DNA from: Octopus vulgaris
Taxonomy: Eukaryota
Direction: 5' to 3'
Length of the DNA: 64,000 nt
Assembly: GCA_951406725.2 (NCBI GenBank)
Contig: OX597816.1
Coordinates: forward strand, 161,758,001-161,822,000
Shown: positions 41,256 to 53,163 of the stretch, piece by piece
How the letters are laid out: every line of letters begins with the position of its first letter
Position numbering within the stretch: position 1 is the first letter of the stretch
Notes under the pieces: generated by a model
The model's database searches: none
Told to the model about the DNA's origin: nothing
What the model saw: the letters and a program-made list of their open reading frames with translations, nothing else
Translations under genes and position numbers: made by a program

Positions 41256-41606
41256 CAAGATTGCTTAGTATTTCTACAACTGTTGTGTGATTACTTCGGC
41301 ATTTTGCTGAAATGCGTGTATGTTCTATAAAACATTGAATACAATAGTTGTTTTTCGAACATTATATATATATGTGTATGTGTGTGTGTGTGTGTGTGTG
41401 ACCGCGTGTGTATCGTTGGCGATTTTTTTCCTCCGTCTACCCTTCCCTGGATCTTTCCTTTTTCTATGTTTTTGACGAAGAGCTCTGCTCCAAACGTTAC
41501 ATCCTCCTCCTTTCTTTCCTTTCCTGAGCATCCAATAACATTATACTTGTTCCACGTCCTCGCGTTGTTGTGTTTTCTCGTTGTGTTTTCATGCTTGGAT
41601 TATATA

Positions 41607-41687
<81 letters not shown>

Positions 41688-41738
41688 TTATTAGTGACGG
41701 AAGCAGCATTAATACCCCAAGAGTAAACGTTATATTCC

Positions 41739-42185
41739 ACTTAACCTGGATGCCTTGCTAAAACACTGAATTATGCGTCATTAGCCTTGGGAGACCCTCT
41801 CATATAGGCGCCTGGTGCATAAAAGCACGCACATAGATCGCAGCAGATGAAATTCGTTTGTCCCATATCACGTGATTTCCGTCAACTGTACCTCTTCAGT
41901 GGGAACCACCGATCACCAGTCGAATCTTGCCGCTACGATATAAAGAATACGAGCATCTTTCCAGACGCTGCTGACGCAAATAGCCAACAGGTTTATTAAA
42001 AATAAGAAGTGGTTCATTAGACTGTAAACACGTGATACGGGAATTCCGGAGCCCATGACAGATGAATTTTTCTCTGCTGCAATTGTGATCTAGGTGTGCT
42101 TTTATACATCAAGCACCTATAAGAGAGTATCTTTCAAGGCTAACAATGCAATGTTCAATGTTCTAACACGGCATCCTCGTTAAGT
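41739..42185. mobile_element. Diverged inverted pair of PLE-type terminal repeats (41739-41904 / about 42005-42185)
   Basis: acttaacctggatgccttgctaaaacactgaa...tcacgtg versus reverse complement cacgtgatacggga...ggcatcctcgttaagt. Roughly three-quarters identical by eye. Confidence 0.7.
41861..41904 (-). ncRNA. Minimal type I hammerhead motif, cleavage triplet AUA, first pair of stem II broken
   Basis: Minus strand: tccca-CTGAAGA-ggtacagttgacg-GAAA-tcacgtga-TA-tggga. Confidence 0.7.
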
Positions 42186-44121
42186 TTATATATATATAAT
42201 GTTTACTCTTTGATGTTACTATTGCTTCCGTCACTAATAATTGTGGCGTTAATCTTTAAAAAGGAAGGACACACAGTGTATCTAGAAGTACATTATCCAA
42301 TGTCTGAAATTAAAATATTTTTGAATAGAATTCTTAGAAGAGGAACAGCAGCGCCCTTGATCCCGCTTTTCTGTATCCTGTGTAGCTGTTTGGAAGACTG
42401 GTGACACGACCATAATTCTTGCAACAGTGTAGCCTTCGCTAAATACCCTCAAAGGGTCAAGTAATGGTATTAAACTGGGCGATGGATTAAATATACAGCC
42501 CCCAAAACAAGAACAGTCCTTCATGGGTCTTCCTTTTATTAAATTACACACCACGTTTAGATCGATCGAGTCTATAGTAGGAGATACTTTCGTAAGGTAC
42601 TGCACAGGGAAATCGAACTCGCAGCAATGTAGATGCGAAGCAAACGTCTTTCTTACACGCCGTGTCTGATCATGCTTAGAATTCCTTTGACCATAGCTCT
42701 CTTCAGTTATGTTGGCATGAGACTAAACAATTTTATTTACTGATATACAGAATGGGGGTGATAGGTTCATTTGAGTATGAAGAGTTGTGTGGACGTTGTT
42801 TCGAACAGAGCCAAGCATCGAAGAAGGGTGCGAACCTTGATCCTGAATTTGGCAAACTGAACTGACTATTTAATTAAGTCGGTCAACTAGAGCGCCCACG
42901 TTGCAGATATCTATATCTAAACCTAAAACCGATATTCCAATAATTTCTATAAAACATCCCACTGTTTGTTAGTTTCAAGATTGTGATCTAAAGATTTTTA
43001 TCACAGAAACGGCGTTAACTTTTAATTTCCGAGATAAAATTTCTGTTATTTCATGGCAAGTATCCAGAAGGAATTTAGTGATAATGATGACTCTATAATG
43101 AGATTTAATAGTTGCCAACTAGTTAAGGATTACTTAATTAGTATAATAGTCAATTAGTAATTAAGTGTTTCGAAGTTCGAATGTCATTATCAATTCACTT
43201 ATTTTGGTCTCAAAAGGTAGTCATGTGATCACTTAATCATTTTATATTTATGATATCATAAAATGATTTATGCATAATAGCTGCGTGTTTGTAGAACTGT
43301 TGTTGTTGTTGTTATTGTTATTGATGACCAGTCAGTCGTATTTAGTAATTGTTGGGTTTTTCTGCCTGTATCGATCGAAGTATTGAGAACACAACTATAA
43401 CCCAGACACACTACATGTTGTGTTAGTCGGTCAATTACTTTACTATGCTACAGAATGGAATGTTCAGGTTGTAACCCCCGGGTTTTAGATACTTAAACAG
43501 CTTTCTAATCACACATTTCGCGTTGGGATGAAGCTTTGTTTCTGAACGGTCGGATCCTTGTTTCTACTCTCATGTGCAAAAGCAAAAATGATCGAATGAT
43601 GCAGCTATTGAATCCAAGAGAACTTCTAAAAACAATAAAATCGGTTGCCATGTGGGGTAAACAATCAAACAAAACGGTTACAGTTTCGAACTCCGTCGAA
43701 TCAGACTTTTCTACTTTTCGCGGCTACCAAATTTATTGATGTCTATAAACTCTCTTACATCGTAGTATTAGCATCCTTGCCGATAAAGAACATCTCAAAT
43801 TCTTGATTTTATCAATAAGGTACTGGATTACAAGCTTATAAGTTATGAGTTCAAAATATATGACAAGGGAATGTATATGCATTTCATCAAAATTCTTAAT
43901 CGCTTGAATCTAAGATAATGTCGTAGAATGACAGTGAAATGGTTGAATCGTTAGACGTTGGGTAGAAAGTCTCACTGTATTTGTTTCGGATCTCGTGTCC
44001 TGAGTTCAAAGCCAATTTTGCCTTTTATTCTTTCGGATTGATAAAAGCGTACAATAAGTATAATTTCGAATATTTTACAGTAATTTCAGCTAATTTCTAC
44101 CTAATACAAATCCCATTAGAC

Positions 44122-44470
44122 TGCGAGCTGGCAGAAACGTTAGCTTGCTGAGCGAAATGCTTAGCGGTATTTCGTCTGCCGTTATGTTCTGAGTTCAAAT
44201 TCCGCCGAGGTCGACTTTGCCTTTCATTCTTTCGAGGTCGATAAATTAAGTACCAGTTACGCACTGGGGTCGATGTAATCGACTTAATACCTATGTCTGT
44301 CCTTGTTTGTCCTCTCTATGTTTAGCCCTTTGTGGGTAATAAAGAAATAGGTATTTCGTCCATCTTAGCGTTCTGAGTTTAAATTCCACCAAGGTCGATT
44401 TGCCTCTCATTCTTTTGAAAGTCGATAAAATAAATATCAGTTGAGCACTAGGGTTGATGTAATCGACTAA
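44122..44470 (+). mobile_element. SINE family B dimer
   Basis: Junction taaagaaata|ggtatttcgtc at about 44349. Confidence 0.85.
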
Positions 44471-45359
44471 ATTACTCCTGGGTATGAGTATAAAAACTAC
44501 ACCCCTCTGCTAAGCCAAGTCAAGCCAGTGTGGCAAACCAATGTGGTCTTAAGCTCAAACTCATATTGACAAAAAAAAAAAGAAAAGAAAAACAATGTAC
44601 AATAAGAACAATTTCGAATATTTCCGTGGTTGGTGGAGAGAACATGCTGTGGCCCTTGTCCTGCAGTGAACAACCCAATTCAGTCCAAATCCCGTAGCTT
44701 CATTGAAGCACAGGCGATGGTTGAAAAATAGTTACTCGAAGTATCACGCTATGAAATCAAATCCGTAATATCATAAAGAGCGAGGTGAATTTCGCAACTA
44801 ACAATTCTGCCAGCTTTGCGCCTGTGTCTCTCCAGTCTAGTCTAACAGACAACCGATGCCACACATGCGATGAAATCTTACGTGAGCCAGTAAAATATAT
44901 TTTCCAATCTGAACGTTGTCTCGTTTTGTTTTATGAAACGGTTTATCAGAAGATTTATTGCGCACGAAACCACATCGTTTCTACGTCATTCTTTGCCATT
45001 TCTAGCAATGTAATATTGCGAGGGCCGAGAAGGGACTGAAGTAGTAGTGGCAAGAGAAGGGGCAGGTAAGGGGGTTAAGGCTTTAATATTTTATTGTTTT
45101 TTTCCATCTTATCTGCGTTTTTCTTTTTAAAAAAATTATACTAAACACACCACTTTCTCTAATGTGCTCATTTTGCTTTCCTACACCCAGTCATATCCTA
45201 CTCTCACCACCCCTATCTCTTTTTCTCTTTTTTTCTCTTTTTTTACTCTCTCTTCCACGCACATTTTTTTCGGAGACAACTGGGTATCTCTGCGTAAAAA
45301 CTTTATAATTTACAATGTGTGTGCGTGTATGTAGAGATGTATATATGTATATGCATGTC

Positions 45360-45397
<38 letters not shown>

Positions 45398-45420
45398 CTT
45401 TTCATATGCGTATGCATTTA

Positions 45421-45455
<35 letters not shown>

Positions 45456-45480
45456 CTACATACATACATACATTCATACA

Positions 45481-45514
<34 letters not shown>

Positions 45515-45536
45515 CATGCAAACATACATACATGCA

Positions 45537-45583
<47 letters not shown>

Positions 45584-45698
45584 GTAGTTAAGCAGACAGA
45601 TATGATATGAAATCAGTTACATACATACAACTACGCACTATCGCGCACACGCACACACACACATATGCACACACACACGTACACACGCACACATACAT

Positions 45699-45729
<31 letters not shown>

Positions 45730-46306
45730 TACGGCTGGGTCTCTTTCTGGCGTTATATCAATAACAGTGAGTGCCATTAGGCCTTATTGTCGATGTTATC
45801 ATTTAGAGACAAAAAAATAATAGCATCCATATTCTTTATGCGCGTTTATTTCATGGGAAACTTACGATGTTTTGGTGGATATAAAAGACACACAAAAACT
45901 CACACACGCACGCACACACACACATATGAATAGCACATGCGCGCATATAGCACACACATAGCACATATACATATTACACACACATAAATAGCACTCACAT
46001 AGCACACACACACATACACAAGCGCACGCATGTATTCGTATACAAACACACACATGCACATATAATGCATTAGCCTACACTCACACATACGAATACACAC
46101 ACACATGCATACGCTCTTTCACACACGTATACAAACAAATCGAAACATTATCAGTGCAAACAGCTGTGTGGTTAAGAAGCTTGCTTTGCCACGAGGTGGT
46201 TGCAGGTTCAATCTCACTTTACAGCACCTTAGACAAGTGTCTCCTACCATGGCCCCCGATTGACCGACCGATATCTTTGAGTGAATAGATGAAAAGCATA
46301 TGGAAG

Positions 46307-46350
<44 letters not shown>

Positions 46351-46353
<3 letters not shown>

Positions 46354-46685
46354 TGGCACCTTGGGCAAGTGTCTTCTACTATAGCCTCAGGCCGACCAAT
46401 GCCTTGTGAGTGGATTTGGTAGACGGAAACTGAAAGAAGCCCGTCGTATATATGTGTATATATGTATATGTGTGTGTTTGTGTGTCTGTGTTTGTCCCCC
46501 ACCGTTGGTTGACAACTGATGCTGGTGTGTTTATGTCCCCGTTACTTAGCGGTTCGGCAAAAGAGACCGATAGAATAATTACTGGGCTTACAAAAGAATA
46601 AGTCCCGGGGTCGAGTTGCTCGATTAAAGGCGGTGCTCCAGCATGGCCGCAGTCAAATGACTGAAACAAGTAAAAGAGTAAAAGA
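46351..46685 (+). mobile_element. SINE family A (5'-truncated), preceded by a diverged head at 46160-46310
   Basis: gcgtggcaccttgggcaagtgtcttctactatagcc ... gaaacaagtaaaagagtaaaaga. Confidence 0.9.
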
Positions 46686-46687
46686 AT

Positions 46688-46834
46688 ATATAAAATACAG
46701 TGTACATTTAAACACATTAAGAGATATCCATCATAGGACTCCCTTACGCTAGAAGGAACACCTAAAGTCCTAGCGTAAGGGAGTCCTATGATGGATACCT
46801 CTTGATGTGTTTAAATGTACACTGTATTTTATAT
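46688..46834. repeat. 65-bp inverted repeat (46688-46752 / 46770-46834), 17-nt loop, probable PLE fold-back
   Basis: Two mismatches between arms. The right side continues as unique AT-rich sequence to about 46930. Confidence 0.9.
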
Positions 46835-47295
46835 TAATAATATATAATCTGTTGACTAATTTTTCTATACGCTAGGCCACTGGTAGTAAAAATTTCTAAA
46901 ATCTTTATTACCCTGATATTATTAATTATATATACGACAAGAAATAATAATTGCCTCTTTTTATGGAGATAAAAGGGTTTATAGGACAGCAAAAAGGAAG
47001 TGCACAAATGAAATTGAGACAGAGATTAAAAACACATTGATTAGAAAACAAACATCAAATTCGAGTCAACAACTTTATTTAACACCACGCTTCCATACAT
47101 TTGATCATATATAAATATTACCATGGCCTTACAACATATAAAAAGAATATATATATATATATATATATACATTCAACAATATAGGAATGGCCCTGATAGG
47201 CCATTCGACTCACTAGAAAGAGCAGCCAAACTCAAACCGCTAAATAGTTGTAATTCTGAAATTGGAAGAGAAATAAAAACATTTACCCTTTTCAC

Positions 47296-47388
47296 CTCTG
47301 GACTATGCATAGTTTCGACAAACTTTGTCAAACAAATTAATTAAATTAAATTAAATTTGCTTACAACTGGCGTGTCTCATCAGCAGAG
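47296..47388 (-). ncRNA. Type I hammerhead ribozyme motif, canonical core, GUC
   Basis: Minus strand: ctctg-CTGATGA-gaca...(AT-rich hairpin)...tgtc-GAAA-ctatgcatag-TC-cagag. G10.1-C11.1 intact, 10-nt palindromic stem III. Confidence 0.85.
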
Positions 47389-47542
47389 AAGCCTAGGACG
47401 AGAATATGTCCACGAGGCTACAGCAAGGGACCCTCAAGCTTATATGCTCTAAATTTTCAAAATCCACCGCTACCGCGCGGTTTTCTCGGCAGAAAGTATA
47501 AACTGCTGATTTAATTTCAAAATTAGCTAAAAAATCATTAAT

Positions 47543-47600
<58 letters not shown>

Positions 47601-47657
47601 ATACAGAAGGTAAAAAAAAAAATTCATTTAGAACGACTAATTGTTGAGATTCCTGTT

Positions 47658-47742
47658 CATCCTGATGAAGGGGTCATTGACCAGATGAACTTTAACTCGT
47701 AATCGGACTGCAGCGGTGAACTCACGAAATGGCCACAGAGTG
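47658..47742 (+). ncRNA. Decayed type I hammerhead motif (U16.1>C)
   Basis: catc-CTGATGA-aggggtcattg...cggtgaactcac-GAAA-tggcca-CA-gagtg. Confidence 0.45.
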
Positions 47743-48159
47743 TTTTGACTTGATTTTGTGGAATTGTCTAATACTCTTTGGACTTCAACCTACCATGGTT
47801 TTTATGAAACGAACTATTTTGACATATTTTTATTTTAAGGGGAGTAAAAACTTTTTTAGTCGATTGATATATTTTTTATATATTTTTAAAACATGCTTTG
47901 AAAAGTTTTTAGTCGCCTAACCCGCTTCAGTAATCCATTTTGATTACTTACTTTTAGTTGATTGTATATACCTTTTCTTGATAGGCCGTTCTATGTATTT
48001 GTATTTTTATGTGCATATATATATTTTTACCATCTGTGTATATATATCTTTTTTATATGTTAAAGGACATGGTAATATTTATATATGATCAAATGTATGG
48101 AAGCGTGGTGTTATATAGAATCGTTGAATAGAATTTGATGTTTGTTCTCTAATAAACGT

Positions 48160-48202
<43 letters not shown>

Positions 48203-48234
48203 CTTATATATAAATTTAGATAAACTTAAATATA

Positions 48235-49003
48235 TTTCGACCAAAGATTGGTCCAGGCCATGTGTAACTTAATAGCACCATCTGATAGGGTTATCTAAAT
48301 TATTTTTAAGTCAAGTGTTTTGGTATCATGGTCCATTGAAGTTGTGAGTTCTTGTTGAGTGAGTTGTATCCAGGTATAGGTGGCTTATCTGGTATTCCTT
48401 GAAGAAATTTATCCAGACTACGTTTACAGGTGATGGGATCCTTCTCCTCTCTGAGCAGTTTTGGGACAGTGTTAAACAGAGCATGGCCTGTTGAGGAAAA
48501 GAAATTGTGTCGCAGTTCCCTCGTTTAGTTGCATTTTGTTTTTGTCTGCCCATTGACTCACCGCGGCGAGCTGGCAGAAACGTAAGGCGGCGAGCTGGCA
48601 GAAACGTAAGGCGGCGAGCTGGCAGAAACGTTAGCACGCCGGGCGAAATGCGTAGCCGTATTTCGTCCGTCGTTACGTTCCGAGTTCAAATTCCGCCGAG
48701 GTCGACTTTGCCTTTCATCCTTTCGGGGTCGATAAATTAAGTACCAGTTACGCACTGGGGTCGATGTAATCGACTTAATCCCTTTGTCTGTCCTTGTTTG
48801 TCCCCTCTGTGTTTAGCCCCTTGTGGGCAGTAAAGAAATACATTGACTCACCGCGTAGAGATCAACCTGGAGTTGAGTTCGGTCTTCTTCTTCAATGATG
48901 ATTTGCTGGAGCTTAGTGTCACCAGCAAATATTTTCACTTTGCAGTATCTTACGACGGTGGAAAGGTCGTTTATGTAGATTATAAAGAGAGGAGCGGGCC
49001 CAA
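48235..49003 (-). mobile_element. CR1-group LINE, internally deleted, interrupted by a SINE
   Basis: LFIIYINDL...KIFAGDTKL...DLYAVSQWADKNKMQLNE joined to LRHNFFSSTGHALFN...FLQGIPDKPPIPGY. 3' UTR ggtgctattaagttacacatggcctggacc is shared with 50541-50570. Confidence 0.9.
48563..48840 (+). mobile_element. SINE family B monomer with triplicated head and target-site duplication
   Basis: cattgactcaccgcg at 48551-48565 and 48841-48855. Head ggcggcgagctggcagaaacgt occurs three times. Confidence 0.92.
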
Positions 49004-49019
49004 TACAATATACGATAAC

Positions 49020-49336
49020 TAATGGTCTTGGACACCAGCCGCCTCTTACAACTTGTGTCATATGTAAAAAAAACTTGTAAAGCAATATCTGAACTTAAGA
49101 GACATATGCTAGTACACAAAAAACATTGCTTCAGTATCAGATTCCAAAGGGCAAAGATATAGAAGAAACTTGGATAATATCTGTCACTTGGGTTTTAAAC
49201 CCTGTCAGTCTGCAGCTGGTCTTAAAAGTCATTTAAGGGTTCATCAGCGGAGTGATTGTACTGTATGATGGGATGTGGTGTGTGTGATGAAGGGACGGCT
49301 ATCATCTCTTAAGATGAAGTAATTATCATCATCATC
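49020..49336 (+). mobile_element. RTE-like LINE 3' end with two C2H2-type zinc fingers and (ATC)n tail
   Basis: CVICKK/TCKAISELKRHMLVH and ICHLGFKPCQSAAGLKSHLRVH, followed by ...tatcatcatcatc. Confidence 0.6.
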
Positions 49337-49350
49337 TCATATATATATAT

Positions 49351-50520
49351 AACACCGATGTCATCTACCTTGATTTCAGTAAGGCCTTCGACAGGGTCGA
49401 TCACAAGATCCTATTGAAAAGACTATCCAACATTGGTGTCTCTGGAAAGTTACTGAAATGGATCAAGTGTTTCCTGACAGACAGATCTCAACATGTTGTA
49501 GTTGAAGGGGTAAAATCAAGCCCAGCCAAAGTCAGTAGTGGCGTTCCGCAAGGCACTGTGCTGGGCCCACTTCTTTTCATCATTTACATTAATGACATTA
49601 ATGACATCATCAAGCACAGCAACATAAAAATCTTTGCAGATGATTCCAAGCTACAGAGGGTCATAAATGAGGCGAGTGACCGGACATGCCTTCAGTCAGA
49701 TCTACTGGCTGTTATCCAATGGGCAGAAAAAAACAATATGCTGCTGAACGAGGATAAATATGAGTTAATCCACTTTGGAAAAGAGGATGCCCTGAAACTC
49801 CCATACTCCCTTCCTTCAGGTGAAACTCTCGCGGCGTCCAACAACATCAGAGACCTGGGAGTAATTGTGGACAACAACATAAGCTGGGCCACTCATATAA
49901 ACACCAAAGTTGACATGGCCCGCAGAATGTGTTCCTGGATTCTCAGAACTTTCCAGTCGAGAGATATCCACACCATTATCCTTCTCTTCTCCACTTTTGC
50001 CCGACCCCACCTTGAATACTGTTGTCCACTGTGGTCTCCCCACACAATACAAGGTATCATAAAAGTTGAAGCACCTCAAAGGGCAATCACAAAAAAGATA
50101 GATGGCATGACAGGCCTCGACTATTGGGGTCGACTAGAAAAGCTAAAACTCTATTCTCTCCAACGTCGTCGTGAGCGCTACATCATCTGCATGATGTGGA
50201 AAATATTCCATCAGCATTGCCCAAATGATGTTGGTATCACCTTTAAGGTACATCCAAGGCTTGGGCCCCGTGCCATCCGCCCAAAACAAAAATCGCACTC
50301 TCATCTCATAACAACAATACGGCACAATTATTTCACCTCAATTGGCCCCGCTCTCTTTAACATTACACCAAAACACATTAAAACAGAAACTGACCCTATA
50401 GGGTTCAAGAAGTCTTTGGACAGATTCCTTCAAGAAATCCCGGATAAACCCCCTACACCCGGATATGTCTCTGTAAACAATAACTCTCTACTTGAGTGGG
50501 CCATAGTGCCAAAATTCTGA
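49351..50520 (+). CDS. CR1-group LINE ORF2 reverse transcriptase, 5'-truncated but uninterrupted (389 codons plus stop)
   Basis: Frame open from NTDVIYLDFSKAFDRVDH through SGVPQGTVLGPLLF, IFADDSK, RDLGV, RPHLEYC and LYSLQRRRER to the stop. No start codon or endonuclease domain. Confidence 0.92.
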   Translation, partial: NTDVIYLDFSKAFDRVDHKILLKRLSNIGVSGKLLKWIKCFLTDRSQHVVVEGVKSSPAKVSSGVPQGTVLGPLLFIIYINDINDIIKHSNIKIFADDSKLQRVINEASDRTCLQSDLLAVIQWAEKNNMLLNEDKYELIHFGKEDALKLPYSLPSGETLAASNNIRDLGVIVDNNISWATHINTKVDMARRMCSWILRTFQSRDIHTIILLFSTFARPHLEYCCPLWSPHTIQGIIKVEAPQRAITKKIDGMTGLDYWGRLEKLKLYSLQRRRERYIICMMWKIFHQHCPNDVGITFKVHPRLGPRAIRPKQKSHSHLITTIRHNYFTSIGPALFNITPKHIKTETDPIGFKKSLDRFLQEIPDKPPTPGYVSVNNNSLLEWAIVPKF

Positions 50521-50609
50521 CTTGAAAGACTTCACCAGGTGGTGCTATTAAGTTAGACATGGCCTGGGCCAGTAATGGCCGAAACCTATCAAAGTATCAA
50601 AGTATCAAA

Positions 50610-50610
<1 letters not shown>
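49351..50610 (+). mobile_element. Young 5'-truncated CR1-group LINE with 3' UTR and (TATCAAAG)3 tail, inserted in (TA)n
   Basis: Octamer tail at 50587-50610, short hairpin tggcctgggcca, TA repeats on both flanks. Confidence 0.92.
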
Positions 50611-50646
<36 letters not shown>

Positions 50647-50653
50647 CATACAT

Positions 50654-50698
<45 letters not shown>

Positions 50699-50701
50699 TA
50701 T

Positions 50702-50771
<70 letters not shown>

Positions 50772-50772
50772 C

Positions 50773-50849
<77 letters not shown>

Positions 50850-51002
50850 TTTCCTAGGATAATGGAACTGCAACTGTAACATCTAACATATATTTATATT
50901 TTTATTCTCTTATTTCCCTTTATACTTCCTATATCCATCCTTTGCCAAAATAACTTCTTATATTGAACTCTACTATTTCCCTCTATTTAACTCTCTCATA
51001 TC

Positions 51003-51050
51003 GTCTCTGATGAAGCGATATCCTTCAAATCCCTGAAACAGCCGTAAGAC
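51003..51050 (+). ncRNA. Minimal type I hammerhead motif, GUA
   Basis: gtct-CTGATGA-agcgat atccttcaa atccct-GAAA-cagccg-TA-agac. One mismatch in stem II. Stem III is one change from the palindrome cagctg. Confidence 0.75.
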
Positions 51051-51155
51051 TACCTTTCTCTTTATAAATGTCCTAGAAATTTCACACTGCCTTGGCTTTG
51101 TTGTCTCATTTTATTCAACACACACACACACTCACTCACACACATACACACACAT

Positions 51156-51220
<65 letters not shown>

Positions 51221-51235
51221 TACACATATTTTTTA

Positions 51236-51426
51236 TTCATTTACTTGTTTCAGTCATATGAATGCGGCATGCTGGAGCACCGCATTGAAGGGTTTTTATT
51301 TAGATCGACAACAGGACTGTTTTTTTTTAAACCTTAGTACTTATTCTATCGGTCCCTTACACCGAACCGCTAAGTTACGGGGACGTAAACACACCAACAC
51401 CAGTTGTCAAGCAGTGATAAGGGAAT

Positions 51427-51483
<57 letters not shown>

Positions 51484-51603
51484 CACGATGGGCTTCTTTC
51501 AGTTTTCGTGGCTAGAGTAGAAGACACTTGCCCAAGATGCTACACAGTGGGGTGGAACCATGTGGCTGGGGAGCAAACTTCTTACTACACAGCCACTCCT
51601 GCA
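51236..51603 (-). mobile_element. SINE family A, diverged
   Basis: ttacttgtttcagtcat ... cacacagccactcctgc-like head. Confidence 0.8.
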
Positions 51604-51624
51604 CGTATGTATGCATATATATTG

Positions 51625-51950
51625 AATCTTCCTTGCACCAACATGTACCTCGTTGCTACAAAGTAACCTTTAATTTAATCAAGATATCCTTGGGCCTGAA
51701 AAGTAGCCGGCGGTATACACACCTCGCTTGGATTTTTATCACTTCTGAAGTTCCGCCCGCTATAAAAACATATGTAGCCCAGATTTTGCCTACTCTATTC
51801 CATAATTCTTGTATTCGTATTCGCACATCCGGCAATCCTGGTCGCCTACTGTGGAATATAAAAGAACTTTTTTCAGCTTATAGTTCTTCGATACGAAGAA
51901 GATCCTCAACCTTCTGTCTCAATAAACCACTATTGTCCCTGAAAGTATTT
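51625..51950 (-). mobile_element. Possible Ty3/Gypsy integrase remnant
   Basis: LLRQKV...FHSRRPGLPDVRIRIQELW...TYV resembles LLRG.R...AHxGHPG..RM..R.R..YWWP. Heavily decayed. Confidence 0.35.
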
Positions 51951-52124
51951 TTTTGTTTTAATATTTACTACGGATTGCTTGAAGATGACTTTCTTCCTAC
52001 ACCTCGATCCCTGCATTTTACATTCAAGTATCACTTGTTCCTATTCTAGTGGATGCTAACTGTGGGAAAGACACAGAAATGGAGAAAGAAAAGAAAAAAG
52101 ACACACTCTCATTGAATCTTCCTT

Positions 52125-52263
<139 letters not shown>

Positions 52264-52933
52264 CTGCTTCATTCGTTCTTTGCCATCTCCAGTTAATCAA
52301 CATCATCCCGTCATCTGCATTAGCATAAATGTCACGAACAACAACAACAACAAAAGTAAGAAGTTTAGGCATATATTTTCTTATCTTCTTTATGCCTGGA
52401 GACTTTTGATAAAATATAAACTTCCATGATTGCAAAAACGCTACCTTTCTCTCCGCTTCTGTGTGTGTTTGTTTGTGTGTCTGTATCTGTGTCTCTATAT
52501 GTGTGTGTCTACTACTACTACTACTACTACTACTACTGCTGCTACTACTACTGCTGTATGTGTGTAAGCACACGTACACACAAGCGCACACACAAGCACA
52601 CACACGCATTTATATACACAATCATTAGCATGATAATAAGAGATTCACTACGTTGTCAGTCCATAATTCGTGTTGCTTGTACATTGTTCAAGTTATTAGT
52701 TATAGAACATAGGACCCAAACCTTAAAAAAACACGCATGTGTGTGTGTGTGTGTGTTTGCGTGTTGAGTATGTGCTTGTGTGTGAGTGAGTGTGTGTGCT
52801 TTTGTTGTGTGTGTGGTGTGTGTACCTTTACATACACACATGCACATATATATATGAAATTAATGTAAACAGCAAGTTGCAATGTTTCACCAAAAAGGAG
52901 AATTATAATTGTCATTCAATTATAGTTAGCTGG

Positions 52934-52985
52934 CTTAACTGATGATGGCAACGGAAACTGCCGAAACTGAGGCGTCAGTCTTAAG
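52934..52985 (+). ncRNA. Type I hammerhead ribozyme motif, GUC, extra U between A9 and G10.1
   Basis: cttaa-CTGATGA-t-ggca acggaaac tgcc-GAAA-ctga ggcg tcag-TC-ttaag. All three stems are Watson-Crick (5, 4 and 4 bp). Confidence 0.85.
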
Positions 52986-53121
52986 AATTCTCGGTCGATA
53001 TTTTTCGGACAATTATGGTCTCTGTTAGTGTATGTATTCATTTTTGTGCGTTAACTAGAGCATTCAAGCATTTTAGCTCTTATTTGTAGCAATATAGGTG
53101 TTTTTTAACATCCTATTCACA

Positions 53122-53159
<38 letters not shown>

Positions 53160-53163
<4 letters not shown>

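Noticed and set aside
48273-48293. tagcaccatctga resembling miR-29
   Set aside because: It is the antisense of the CR1 3' UTR also present at 50541, and there is no precursor hairpin.
49185-49252. Minus-strand CTGATGA with an accct/agggt stem
   Set aside because: No GAAA box or stem I. It lies in zinc-finger coding sequence of an RTE-like 3' end.
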